Assembly: GCA_964016885.1 (NCBI GenBank)
Contig: OZ024740.1
Location: 243,226,001-243,290,000, forward strand
DNA length: 64,000 nt
Direction of reading: 5' to 3'
Source of the DNA: Eledone cirrhosa
Taxonomy: Eukaryota
Position 1 is the first letter of the stretch. Each line of letters opens with the position of its first letter. This document shows positions 10,901 through 23,400 of this stretch, in pieces. A program made the translations under genes and the position numbers. Below the pieces are notes generated by a model. The model did no database searches, was not told the origin of the DNA, and saw only the letters and a list, made by a program, of their open reading frames with translations.

Positions 10901-11750
10901 AAGGCAAATTGTATGATGCTTGTATACAAATAGCAATGCTACATGGCAGTGAGACATGGGCATTACGTGCCGAGGACCTGTGTAGACTGGAAAGGAACGA
11001 AGCATGCATGCTCCGTTGGATGTGTAATAGTAATATACGTGAACGGCAAAGCATAAATGAACTAAGTGAGAAATTAGGAATAAGAGGGATCAGATGCTGT
11101 TTACTCAAGAGAAGACTACATTGGTATGGCCACGTGATGCGCATGAAAGACGACAGCTGTATAAAAAAGTGCAGGGTGATCAAAATTGACGGAAGTTACG
11201 GAGTAGGCAGACCCAGAAAAACCTGGGACGATTTGATAAATTCTGACCTTACACACTTACACCTCTCTAAGACAATGTCATTGGACCGAGATCTTTGGCC
11301 CTACGCAGTAATACAGAAGACCTGCCTTGCCTATGTACAAAGCGAAACCTACAGTCAGTAGGCACCTCTTAACCAAATATACACCCCACTCCACTACCCT
11401 ATCCTCCCACTCCCACCAACACCACTCTCTCTCTATAAAGTTGGTACCACAACATCCAGTCCAAATAAATGAGATAATGAGATCGAGATCGTGTAGGTGT
11501 CACGAGAAAAAACACACAGTCCACGCTGTAATGTGGCCGTGTAGGTAACACGGTAAAAAGTTCCCAGTTCCACACTGTAAATGTGGTTGGTGTTAGGAAG
11601 GGCATCCAGCCGTAGAAAACCTGCCAGATAGTCCTATATGAGCAAGACATGGTCACCCGACCAACCTTGCCTCAAGTGGCACAACTGCCGTCTAACCCAT
11701 GCTAGCGTGGAAAATGGACTTTAAACGAAGATGATGATGATGATGATGAT
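7990..11750 (+). mobile_element. Near full-length RTE-clade LINE (family A); 5' boundary approximate
   Basis: AP endonuclease (VGTMNAGTL, CCIQETRW, ISAYAPQ, DLNGHVG, SQIDY), RT (YADD) and C-terminal motifs occur in order, followed by a 3'UTR ending in (GAT)n. Confidence 0.93.
8207..11361 (+). pseudogene. Disrupted APE-RT polyprotein ORF of the RTE LINE
   Basis: ORF pieces 8569-9678, 10259-10612 and 10870-11361 are separated by frameshifts and stops. Confidence 0.85.
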
Positions 11751-12084
11751 ATATATATATATTTATCTTAGAATATTTTTTTAAGGAATTTGTTCTGATA
11801 TATTATGGCAACAAATTGAACATAAAATTATTAAATAAACTGCACTGCAAATGCAATTGCAATTTGTCAATAATTTTGTTTTTCTTTGTGTCAAACAACC
11901 TTGAAATTAGTGAAAGAGTGCAGTTAAAGAAAACATAATTATCATAAACATTGTCATTACTTTTTTTAACACTTATTGCTCTATTTTGGCATTAGTTTGT
12001 ACAGTGCATACATTGATAATATGGGAAACATTCTAAAATAAACATCAGTTACAAATAACATATGTTTATATTATTTGTTAACAA

Positions 12085-12273
12085 GGGCGGTGGATTGGCA
12101 GTATCGGTAGAGGGTCGGACGCCATGCTTTCCAGCATAGTTACGTCCCTTTACGATCTGAGTTCAAATCCCGCCGAGGTTGACTTTGCCTTTCATCCTTA
12201 CGGGGTCGATAAAATAAAGTACCAGTAATGCACTGGGTAATTGCTGGCCTTGTGCCTAAAGTAGAAACAATTA
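12085..12273 (+). mobile_element. tRNA-derived SINE with a Meta-domain-like core, full length, with TSD
   Basis: A box tggcagtatcgg, B box gttcaaatcc, core gttgactttgcctttcatccttacggggtcgataaaataaagtacc; TSD attatttgttaac. Confidence 0.88.
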
Positions 12274-12348
12274 TTTGTTAACTATATTACAGAAGAAAGG
12301 ATAAATTATTATCCAAACCATCCAGATTAAGTTTCTTTAACATACATA

Positions 12349-12650
12349 CATGATGGCTGCCCCCTTGTTATCGAGTATGGCCATTGCACGATGTAACATT
12401 ATTAATAATTATCAATTAATGCTATCATGCAATGATTGTATGTGAAGATTTTTTTTTAAGTGAAGAAAGACTGTGCACTGAGCCAATCCCACTCTCTGAG
12501 CGACAGTAGCTATAACCCGAAAGAAGAAAAGATCAACATCATCGGTAACTACTGCAGGTTTTATGTCGGAGTTTTCCCGGTTACCCGAGTTGCCTTCTAG
12601 AAGAATGCCCTGACAAAGGCTAGGATTCCTTCACTCCCGGTAGTTTAACC
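12349..12650 (-). mobile_element. Diverged relative of the 4368-4975 non-autonomous RTE element
   Basis: Shared blocks catg.tggctgcc, tcgagtatggcca, agcca.tcccactctc, caacatcat, gagttttcc and gacaaaggctag. Confidence 0.6.
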
Positions 12651-12731
12651 TCATGATCGGCCTGATTATTTCTATGTCCCCACGCATATACATACACATG
12701 CATACATATATATACATATGTATATATACAT

Positions 12732-13354
12732 ATCATCATCATCATCATTTTATGTCCGCTTTTCTCTGCTTGCAAGGGTGGGAAGGGTCTTATTCAGCAC
12801 AGCATCTCTCCACTTGTCACGGTCCTTCATCATCTCCACCGTGAGCTTCAGCGATCTGAGGTCTGTTCTCACCACCTCCGCCCATTTTTTCGTGGTCTAC
12901 CTCTACCACGTCTTCCTTCAACTGGCATTTCCTGGCACTTCTTCACCCATCGGTCATCCTCCATGCACACCACATGTCCATACCACCTCAGTCTCCTCTC
13001 TCGCACACTACATTCTATCCCTCTCAGACACAGTTTCTCTCTCAACACATCCATGCTGGGTCATTCACTTCACGCACATTGACATTGCACATCCAACAGA
13101 GCATGCTTGCCTCATTTCTCTCCAGCCATCGCATATCCTCTGCAGTTGCTGCCCATGTCTCACTACCATGCAGCATCGCGCTCCTCACACATGCATCATA
13201 TAACCGGACTTTCGTACGCAGGGAGAAACCCTTCTTCATCAGCAGAGGAAGCAGCTCCCTAAACTTCTTCCAACCCGTCCTTATTCTAGATACTATGGCC
13301 GCGGAACTCCCCTCTCCCATACTAATCTGATCTCCTAGGTACCAGAAGCTATCC
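12732..13354 (-). mobile_element. RTE LINE 3' fragment (third subfamily, short 3'UTR)
   Basis: Motifs FWYLGD, MLHGSETW, RRLRWYGHV and GRGRPRK; (GAT)n tail. Confidence 0.88.
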
Positions 13355-13385
<31 letters not shown>

Positions 13386-13427
13386 TACACATGCATACAT
13401 ACATACATATGTATATATTCATATATA

Positions 13428-13956
13428 CATGTGATGCGTATGAAGGATGGCAGCTGCATAAAATGGTGCAGAGCAGTAGAAGTCGATGGAAGCCGCGGAG
13501 TGGGGAGACCCAAGAAGACCTGGGATGAAGTGATAAAAGCTGACCTTACCCAATTACACCTCTCAAAGGCGATGACACATGACCATGACGTCTGGCATCA
13601 CGCAGTAATACAGATGACCCGACCCCCCATGGGTACAAGCCGAAGCTGAAGTATATAGACAATATGCCCCCACTCCCTCCCACTGCAAAGTGGTCGTGGA
13701 GATGCCACGGCAAAAAAACACCCAGCCCACACTGTAAAGTGGACATGTAAGCGCCATAGAAAAAAAGCACCCAACACTCACTGTAAATAAGGTTGGTGTT
13801 AGGAAGGGCATCCAGCTGTAGAAATCAAGTCAGAATCAGTTTCCGTATGAGCAAGACATGGTCAGCTGACCAGCTACTACCCACAACAGGACAACCCATC
13901 TAACCCATGCTAGCGTGGAAGAACGGACATAAAACGGTGATGATGATGATGATGAT
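13428..13956 (+). mobile_element. RTE family B 3' end
   Basis: Highly similar to 1925-2440. Confidence 0.9.
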
Positions 13957-14506
13957 ACATATTTATATATATAGATATACATATATACACATGCATACAT
14001 ATACATATATACATACACACATGCCTGGAAAGAAGGAAGGAAAGAAAATTTACAGCCAATTTCCTTTCAGATTTAAAGTATAAATATAGTATAATGATTT
14101 CATTTGACTCCTGGGAATTTTGATTTCTAATTAATTGTTCGATAGTTTCAATTTTTTTTTTTCTTTGGAATATGGATATTGAATTGAAAATGATGTAAAC
14201 AATAGAATTATCATATCAGAAACATCAGTGAATTGACAATAATCCAAACTATAATAAAGTAAGGAGTGCGGGACTACATACGGTTTATTTCTTTTAATCC
14301 CATTAGTAAAATAAGTTGGATTACTTTGAATAAATAATGAATGAATATTACATAATTTATGTACTATATTAAATTTAATATAAATATTAATATAAATAAT
14401 TTTATTGCTTATTTAAAATTGACTTCTTTTCAAAGTTTCAAACTTCTACACTTTCGGTATATCGCCCCACTACTACCACTTCAACTACCATATATATATA
14501 GAAAGA

Positions 14507-14635
14507 GATAAATGGAAAAGAATGAAACAAAATTTCATTTCTCACTATTAGTACGGCTGCATACACCCTTATATTTATGTATCAGCCGTACTAAGAGTGA
14601 GAAATGAAATTTTGTTTCATTCTTTTCCATTTATC
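14507..14635. repeat. ~130-bp near-perfect palindrome
   Basis: gataaatggaaaag...tagtacggctgcataca / tgtatcagccgtacta...cttttccatttatc. Confidence 0.9.
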
Positions 14636-15300
14636 GTTTTTCATGCGCACGGCCGACTAACTCACTTGATATGCAAATTAGGCTGCTCAGCCGTTAATAT
14701 GTATAAGGAAAGTATATACTTTCAAACGTTCAATCATCTGACAGAAAGGTATACGATGCTGACGATAGCTAATAAGCTTGAAACTAGTACATCGTTCCTG
14801 TGTCAGTGTTGAACAAAAAGGCAATGATGGTTTCCGAACATTGTACGGCGTAATTTGGGCTGTTTGTTTACAAAGAAACCGAACATTATAATAAATGTTC
14901 AGTAAACCCATACGTACATATATATGTGTGCATGTATGTATATATATATACTACTGTACGTCTGTACACATATATGTATGTACGTATACATACTTATATA
15001 TATGCATATATATTTGCGTATAATACCAATATGTACACTACAAAAACCAGCAGAAAACCGCCCAAAGGGCAGTTTTACTGCTAGTATCTATAATAATTAG
15101 TTGAGACTGACAAAAAAAGACATGTGAATGACTAGCAAACCTAACTTTTTATACCAATATACCTTAAACTACCCGAATTCTATAATTACAAACAAAATAG
15201 ACGTAAAGCAATGATGATGATGAGCCAGTCTCCTTGATGAATCAGATATTATGTGGGAAACCATCAGGGACATGTGCGTGTGACTGTACATATGCATATA

Positions 15301-15475
15301 TCATCATCATCATCGTTTAACATCTATCTTCCATGCTAGCATGGGTTAGACGGGAATTGTCTCTCTTGTGGCAAGATTAGTCAAGTGACCGTGTCTCGCT
15401 TGTATAGGACTGTACCTGGCAAGCTTTCTACAACTGGATGCCCTTCCTAACACCAACAACATTTACAGTGGACTG
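15301..15475 (-). mobile_element. RTE 3' tail fragment
   Basis: Reverse complement of 11575-11750. Confidence 0.8.
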
Positions 15476-15872
15476 TTTACATATGTCATATATATATATA
15501 TATATATATGACTGTATATACAGTGTCATATATATATATTTTTTTATATTCAGTTTAGAATTTGCCAATGTTTTTTTTACCGTTTTCAGCAGATCCACAC
15601 TCAATCTTGTATATTCATAGTTATTTCCTACATGCGCTGTATTTTGGAAGAGTCAGTTGCCAATTATTAAAAAAACAAACACACAATGGATTAAACTAGC
15701 TTTCAAATTCAATATTTTATATTCATAGATTCCTGATTCTTATTTAATATATTCCTTTCTAAATCCTATTACAGTGAGTAACTGTCAAAAGAAATAAATA
15801 TAGGCACATGTCAACTGAGGAACGATATTTATGTGTGTGTGTAGTCAGAATAATTAGATGTATCATACTTAC

Positions 15873-15922
15873 TCAGATGCAAGAGACTCTTCTTTTGCAG
15901 CATTAACTTTACCAAAAACAAT
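15873..15922 (-). CDS. Exon 6 of the PDI-like gene: IVFGKVNAAKEESLAS(D/E); the gene probably continues beyond the window
   Basis: Acceptor cttgtttcctgtttcag, donor TGA|gtaagt; 50 nt, phase 0 to 2. IVFGKVNA..E.SLA matches the PDI pattern V..AKVDA.....LA. Confidence 0.85.
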
Positions 15923-15969
15923 CTGAAACAGGAAACAAGACAAAACATTGATTTTTAAATATATATATT

Positions 15970-16474
15970 ATCATCATCGTTGAATGTCTATCTTCCACAC
16001 TAGCATGGGTTAGACGGGAATTGTCCCACTTGAGGCAAGATTGGTCGGGTGACTGTCTCGCTCGTATAGGACTATTTGGCAGGTTTTCCAAGGCTGGATG
16101 CCCTTCATAACATGCCCTTTTTACCGTGTTACCTACACAGCCACATTACAGCGTGGACTGTGTTTTTTGTTGTGACACCTACACAATCTCATTAGTTTGG
16201 ACTGGATGTTGCAGTACCAACATAACTTTACAGAGAAAGGGTGGTGTTGGTGGGAGGATGGAGTAGGAGTAGTGGGTTGGGGTGTATATTTGGTGAAGAG
16301 GTGCCTACTTGACTGTAGGTTTTGCTTTGTACATAGGCAAAGCGGGTCTTCTGTATTACTGCGTGGCGCCAAAGATCTCGGTCCAGTGACATTGTCTTAG
16401 AGAGGTGCAAGTGTGTAAGGTCAGAATTTATCAAATTGTCCTAGGTTTTTCTGGGTCTACCGACTCTGTAACAT

Positions 16475-16478
<4 letters not shown>
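15970..16478 (-). mobile_element. RTE family A 3' end
   Basis: Reverse complement of about 11185-11740, including INSDLTHLHLSKTMSLDRDLW. Confidence 0.9.
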
Positions 16479-16534
<56 letters not shown>

Positions 16535-16548
16535 AATATATGTGTATA

Positions 16549-18638
16549 TCTATATTATAAAGCTGATGGCCATATATGTAACAAACGTTTCGCCAAACGG
16601 CTGGACCAAACAGCACCAAATTTGCACCATAAATGTAACTTTTTCCAAGTAAGAAAGTGAGGGTATGTTTGTGTATTAAATTTGGTTAAAAGATTAACGA
16701 TATTTTATTGTTTATTTAAATATTCACTTCTTTAAAATTTGCAAATGACAACACTTCCGGTTAGCGATCTCTCTCTTTCTTAGTCTGTCTTTTTAGATAG
16801 ATACATAGCTATAACGTTGCACCCTTATAATATCTGTATGTGTGGCTGTCTGCATTACGAAAACCATTCTGTACATTGACTTCGTTATCTGTGTGTATGT
16901 ATATATATATAGAGTATGTGTGTATATATATATAGTGTATATATATATATAGTGTTAGTATCATAAATAAGATTTTATTACAGCATTCCTTTATATGTAT
17001 ATACACATACATAAACATGTTATTTACAGTTGTATAAAAAAAGAAGTATAATTGCTTCTACTTTTGCACAAGGGCAGCAATTACCCCAGTACATTACTGG
17101 TACTTTATTATATATAATATATATAATACGACATTCCTCTCTCTTTCTTATTCTGTCTTTTTAGATAGATACATAGCTATAATGCTGCACCCTTATAATA
17201 TCTGTCTGTATGTCTGCCTGTCTGTATTGACTTCGCTTCTAACCAACTTTTAATTAATTATATATATATATATATATATAATTATATATTCATGTACATA
17301 TTTCAACAGTAATACTATACTATATATTTTCAACAGTGATACTGTACTGTACTATATATTTTCAACAGTAATGCTGTACTATATATTTTCAACAGTAATA
17401 CTATACTATATATTTTCAACAGTGATACTGTACTGTACTATATATTTTCAACAGTAATGCTGTACTATATATTTTCAACAATAATACTGTACTATATATT
17501 TTCAACATTAATACTATACTATATATTTTCAACAGTGATACTATACTATATATTTTCAACAGTAATACTATACTATATATTTTCAACAGTAATACTATAC
17601 TATATGTTTTCAACAGTAATACTGTACTATACTATATATTTTCAACAGTAATACTGTACTATATTTTTTTAACAGTAATACTATACTATATATTTTCAAC
17701 AGTAATATTCTACTATATGTTTTCAACAATAATATTATACTATATATTTTCAACAGTAATACTATACTATATATTTTCAACAGTAATACTATACTATATG
17801 TTTTCAACAGTAATACTGTACTATACTATATATTTTCAACAGTAATACTGTACTATATTTTTTTAACAGTAATACTATACTATATATTTTCAACAGTAAT
17901 ATTGTACTATATGTTTTCAACAATAATATTATACTATATATTTTCAACAGTAATACTATACTATATATTTTCAACAGTAATACTATACTATATGTTTTCA
18001 ACAGTAATACTGTACTATACTATATATTTTCAACAGTAATACTGTACTATATTTTTTTAACAGTAATACTATACTATATATTTTCAACAGTAATATTGTA
18101 CTATATGTTTTCAACAATAATATTATACTATATATTTTCAACAGTAATACTATACTATACCTTTTCAACAGTAATACTATACTATACTATATATTTTCAA
18201 CAGTAATACCGTACTATGTATTTTCAACAGTAATACTGTACTGTACTATATATTTTCAACAGTAATACTATACTATATGTTTTCAACAGTAATACTGTAC
18301 TATACTATATATTTTCAACAGTAATACTGTACTATATTTTTTTAACAGTAATACTATACTATATATTTTCAACAGTAATATTGTACTATATGTTTTCAAC
18401 AATAATATTATACTATATATTTTCAACAGTAATACTATACTATACCTTTTCAACAGTAATACTATACTATACTATATATTTTCAACAGTAATACCGTACT
18501 ATGTATTTTCAACAGTAATACTGTACTGTACTATATATTTTCAACAGTAATACTATACTATATATTTTCAACAGTAATACTATACAACACAGACGCCTTA
18601 TTGTCTGTTTATCCAAGCGAAGCTAGGTACGTCAGCTA
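16549..18638 (+). mobile_element. Non-autonomous Helitron-like element carrying a minisatellite
   Basis: 5' TCTATATTATAAAG; 3' hairpin atccaagcgaagctaggtac followed by cagcta. Internal blocks are shared with 33385-33440 and 47800-47910. Confidence 0.6.
17296..18585. repeat. Minisatellite with a 24-bp unit (tatattttcaacagtaatactatac-like) and a 194-bp higher-order period
   Basis: Directly visible array. Near-identical minus-strand ORFs recur at 17613, 17807 and 18001. Confidence 0.95.
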
Positions 18639-18967
18639 TATATATATATATATATATATGGATGCTGTAGAACACACCAATGGTAGCTGGGCGCCAGCCA
18701 GATAGGCCAGCTAGTATATATCTATATATATTTATACATATATAGAGGAGACAAAGTTATATATCATCAAGCATACAAAACATCCATCTTTGTCTCCTCT
18801 TGTCTCCTCTATTCAACTATGTGGTACTTTTGGATGATGTGTCTTATTAACACTTTAATCTATATTTGATTTTTTACTTTGATGATTCTATTTACTCAAC
18901 ATTAACTCCTTAGGACGGTTTGAAAAATAATAATTATTATGACTGAATTACATAGTCAAACTTATTT

Positions 18968-19280
18968 CATCATCATTTCATTTTACGTCCGCTTTTTCCC
19001 TGCTTGTAAGGGTGGGACAGGAACTGACTCTGGCTTGATTTCTACAGCTGGATGCCCTTCCTAACACCAGTGAGTGCTGGGTGCTGTTTTGCCATGGCAC
19101 CTCCACGACCACTTTGCAGTGGAATGATAGGGACCCCAGTCCCTATCATCTCATTTCTACAGCTGAAAAAACTGGAGCAATGTGAAATAAAGTGTCTTGC
19201 TCAAGGAAACAACACATCACCCGGTCTGAGAATTGAACTCACAACCTTTCGATTGCAACCACTAAGCCATGTGCCTCCAT
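18968..19280 (-). mobile_element. tRNA-head/CORE-like SINE with an RTE-derived tail
   Basis: A box tggcttagtgg, B box gttcaattc, core ccttgagcaagacactttatttcacattgctcc, tail aggaagggcatccagctgtagaaa..(gat)n. Confidence 0.8.
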
Positions 19281-19594
19281 ATTTAAATGCATTATTAAAA
19301 ACATTTTTTGGAGATGTATTTTTAAATTTATATTTGAATTGCATGCCTTCTCTTATTAACTTTATTAGCTTTCTTAACTACTTATGACATATATTTTTCA
19401 CTGTAATTAATTTTTCTGTAACAGCTCCTAATTTTTATTGCATTTATCTGCTCCTATTCTTCATATGCTTCTTCTGCCTCTGTTATCTTATATCTTGTAT
19501 GTTGATACTTATGCTTATCTAGCCTCCCATATTATGTATCCTCCTATTGTTCTTGTGACAAAGTTTTGATATTATATTTCTGTTTGACTTTTGT

Positions 19595-19647
19595 TATCAA
19601 CTCCAATGATTCCGACGTTGTGCTAAGATGAAACGACCGTAAGTGAT
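19595..19647 (+). ncRNA. Degenerate hammerhead motif (core CCAATGA instead of CTGATGA)
   Basis: atcaact-CCAATGA-...-GAAA-CG-ac-CG-TA-agtgat; stems I and III still pair. Confidence 0.45.
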
Positions 19648-19767
19648 TAAATGTTTTAGACACTCTTTGATTGTCATTTACATTGTATTTCAGCTCTGTA
19701 TTATACTTGTTATTTGACATTGAGCTATTTTCATACTTGTAACTGGGTAATATTTATTATTACCCAC

Positions 19768-20190
19768 ATCATCATCAGCATCATTTAACGTCTATCTTCA
19801 ATGCTAGCATGGGTTAGACGGGAATTGTCCCACTTGAGGCAAGATTGATTGGGTGACCATGTCTCGCTCGTATAGGACTGTATCTGGCAAGCTTTCTATG
19901 GCTGGATGCCCTTCCTAACACCAACCACATTTACAGTATGGACTGGGAGCCTTTCTATTGTGTCTGCTACAAGACCACTTTACAGCGTGGACTGGGTGCT
20001 TTTTGTCGTGACACCTACACAACCTCTTTAGTTTGGACTGGATGTTGTAGTGCCAACATAACTTTACAGAGAAAGGGTGGTGTTGGTGGGAGTGGGAGGA
20101 TGGAGTAGGGTTAGTGGGTTGGGTGAATATTTGGTTAAGAGGTGCCTACTAACTGTAGGTTTAACTTTGTACATAGGGAAGGCAGGTCTT
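19768..20190 (-). mobile_element. RTE family A 3'UTR fragment
   Basis: Reverse complement of about 11320-11750. Confidence 0.85.
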
Positions 20191-20211
20191 ATATAGCTGC
20201 ACTTATTTTTT

Positions 20212-20540
20212 TCATTTTCACTTTACGTCCGCTTTTCCCTGCTTGCAAGGGTGGGATGAGAACTGATTCTGGCTTGATTCCCTTCCTAACACCAACTTCA
20301 TTTACAGTGAGTGCTGGGTGCTTTTTTTCCATGGTGCCTACACGTCCACTTTACAGTGTGGGCTGGGTGCTTTTTTGCCGTGGCACCTCCACGACCACTT
20401 TGCAGTGGAATGATAGGGACCCCATTCCTATCATCTCATTTCTACAGCTGAGTAAACTGGAGCAATGTGAAATAAAGTGTCTTGCTCAAGGAAACAACAC
20501 ATCACCCGGTTTGAGAATTGAACTCACAAAATTTCGATTA
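20212..20540 (-). mobile_element. CORE-like SINE with RTE tail, 5'-truncated
   Basis: Matches 38906-39247. Confidence 0.8.
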
Positions 20541-20612
20541 TATATATATATATATCATTTAACATTAGTTCTGCTAACAAGGAGTTGGTGATATATACAT
20601 ACACGTATAAAT

Positions 20613-20790
20613 GTCAGGTTGCCTTTTGTACCCCTACTGGTAACGTGTAACCTAGTACAAGCTGTTACATAGTCAAGTCATCAGTAACTAAACCGGCAGC
20701 GCCACCAAGCCTACTTACTGAGAAGGGTGATTTTTGGACACACTGCAGGATGAAAAACAAATCCATTGAAAGGGAGTAGGAACTCAGGCG
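20613..20790 (+). mobile_element. Head of the non-autonomous RTE element family
   Basis: gtcagg..ctactggtaac..agtacaa..actaaac.ggca..ccaccaag...gggtga.tttggaca..ctgcagga matches the reverse of 4830-4975. Confidence 0.6.
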
Positions 20791-21069
20791 AGTGAACAAA
20801 AATCCAATAAAGTGTAAATTAAAAGAGGTTGTTAGCCCTGGTTGGCAGTCTGTCGAGGAGAAGGATCGCTCTGATTTCAAAACTGGAATAGATAAGACTC
20901 CTTAGTCATATTCTAAGTGATTAAGAGTTTCATTCTTGTAATGAAAGTGGATGAGCTGCAGCTCGGTAGTCAGCTTCTGAGTAATTTGGTACCTACCGAC
21001 ATCACTATATATATATAGAGAGAGAGAGATACATTACACACACATACAAAGATATATATATATATATAA

Positions 21070-21206
21070 AAATGAATATATGATAGGGATAAACACTGAT
21101 ACGAGTATACATGTGTTCGTATTGCAAATGACCAGCTAACTTGGTCATTTGCAATACGAACACATGTATACTTGTATCAGTGTTTATCCCTATCATATAT
21201 TCATTT
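21070..21206. repeat. 137-bp near-perfect palindrome
   Basis: aaatgaatatatgatagggataaacactgatac...gcaaatgacca / tggtcatttgc...gtatcagtgtttatccctatcatatattcattt. Confidence 0.9.
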
Positions 21207-21278
21207 GTATTACACGGCTCAGAAATATTCCTTTCTTTGAGCTATTTAATTGTAAAAGACTATTTGAGTTTATAACTC

Positions 21279-21310
<32 letters not shown>

Positions 21311-23184
21311 TACATAAGTATGTGTCTACAGCAAAAGCTATGTCATTAAAAAGTTTGCTTTGCAACACTAAGGCATCCAGATGCAAAATCAATTTCTCCA
21401 AAAATATGCAAATATCAGAATTTGCAGTAGCCATCCTACTAAAGGTTGGATGTTTTAGAATGTATGTGTGCATACACACATGCATATAAACATATATAAA
21501 CATATATATCATTATCATAATTGTTTTACATCAACTTTTCCATGCTAGCATAGGCAGAACTTTTACAGCCAGATACCCTTCCTGACATCAACCATTTTAG
21601 TTGATTTTTATCACGTGCAGTGATACAATGTACCAGTGTACCTATTCTAAACTGGATACAAACAGATATATTTCTATATATATATTTGACAATCGACACC
21701 GACGAATGCGAGAAAGTTCTCCAGGAAAGTTAACCAGGAATCTTTAAAAATCCCCTCCACCAAAGTTAACAAAGAACTTACTAGATCTACCAAATTGTAA
21801 AATTATAATATTATAAAATTAAATTAAATTGTTTAGAACTACAAGTGAAGTCATTTTTTTCATTTTTTTAAATATATATATGCATACATACAGTTACACA
21901 CAGATTCATATAAACACACACACATATACAAGCGTCTAATGGCTTCTCACATTAGTGGTACTATACTAATTAATTATCAGTGTGCATGTTCTTTTTGACA
22001 TGTTAAAGTAAAAAGCATTGATTTAAACAGTTTGCTTGTTGATGGCAGAGAAAAGGAAGTCATGCAGGATTAGAAGAATAGTATACAACTGAGAGGAAAC
22101 ATGTAAAAGTAATACAGTTAGTGAAAAAATGAAATAATGGTAGTGTGTGTGTGTATATATACACACAATATGCATATACATACATATCCACATATAATCA
22201 TATATACACACATGCATACATACATATACACACATACTTAAGGTATGTGAGAAAAAAGTAGGAGGAGGAAAAGATAAAGAGTGGAGGGGGCAAAATTTGA
22301 AAAAAATTATGACAGTTGGTGGTTAATGGAATAGTTGGGATGTTTGAGATGTGATGACAAGTTTGCTGTGAAACTCATGTAAAGCCAGATTTCATGCAGA
22401 TGTGTTCCAGGGTTTTCCAAGAGCAGCTGTTCTCCATATACATTTATTGAGACTTTACACAAATTTTGATTTGCTTACAAATTCACAAATATTACATTAG
22501 AATAGATCATATTTCTTCACAACTGGAGTATGTCTATGTCGAATACATAAATAAATAATTACAACACTGATTCAGAAGAACCATGGTGAGCTTTTCTCAC
22601 AGAGCTGCCATTTTCTGTTTGTTTGTTGTTGTTTTTAATATCCACATACTAAAGGAACCTTAATTCCTGATGGAGTCATAGGTGTGCTCTTCTGACACAC
22701 ACTGTGTATTGGACACTTTAAACCTGGCAGAGCCAAAGAGAGAGAGAGAGAGAGAGAGAGATGAAAGGATGAAGGGCAAAGTTGGCCTCAGCAGGATTTG
22801 AATTCAGAGTGGAGTGTTGGACCAGATTTATCAAGGGTAGGGAGAGTAAATTCTCTGAGCCCCCTCATCAAACAAAGCTCCTGCTACCTTTTAAGAAGAG
22901 AGCTAAAATGGAGCCCTGATCATAACCATAATTTAATGTTTTAGAGAGTATATTTTTGAAAGTGTAATTGATGTTGCTTTTGTGCCAATTTATCAAAATT
23001 TCTCTACTTTAGAGACACCATTTGGTAAAAGTAAAGAGAACTACTGTATATGGTAAATATTTATGCATGTGTATGAGTGTATGTATAGTTTTATCAATGG
23101 TGGTGCTTGACGTGTATATATTTTTATGTGCATATGTGTGGTTATATGCTTGTGTGTGTGTACACAACCATTCCTTTGCTACCT

Positions 23185-23400
23185 CCACTTTGCCTTTCAT
23201 CCTTACGGGGTCGATAAAATAAAGTACCAGTAATGTACTGGGTATTTGCTGGCCTTGTGCCAAAAGTAGAAACAATTATTTGACCTGTTCAAATCCTGCC
23301 GAGCTTGACTTTGCCTTTCATCCTTACGGGGTCGACAAAATAAAGTACCAGTAATGCACTGGGTAATTGCTGGCCTTGTGCCTAAAGTAGAAACAATTAT
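23185..23400 (+). mobile_element. Two tandem 5'-truncated Meta-like SINEs
   Basis: Core and tail occur twice, each followed by ttgacctg. Confidence 0.82.

Noticed and set aside
11978-12031. Possible exon 7 (acceptor tttattttag, reading EMFPILSMYALYKLMPK*)
   Set aside because: It does not convincingly complete the thioredoxin fold. The true next exon is probably outside the window.
17296-18585. CRISPR-like regular array
   Set aside because: The monomers are contiguous with no unique spacers, there are no cas genes, and the context is eukaryotic.
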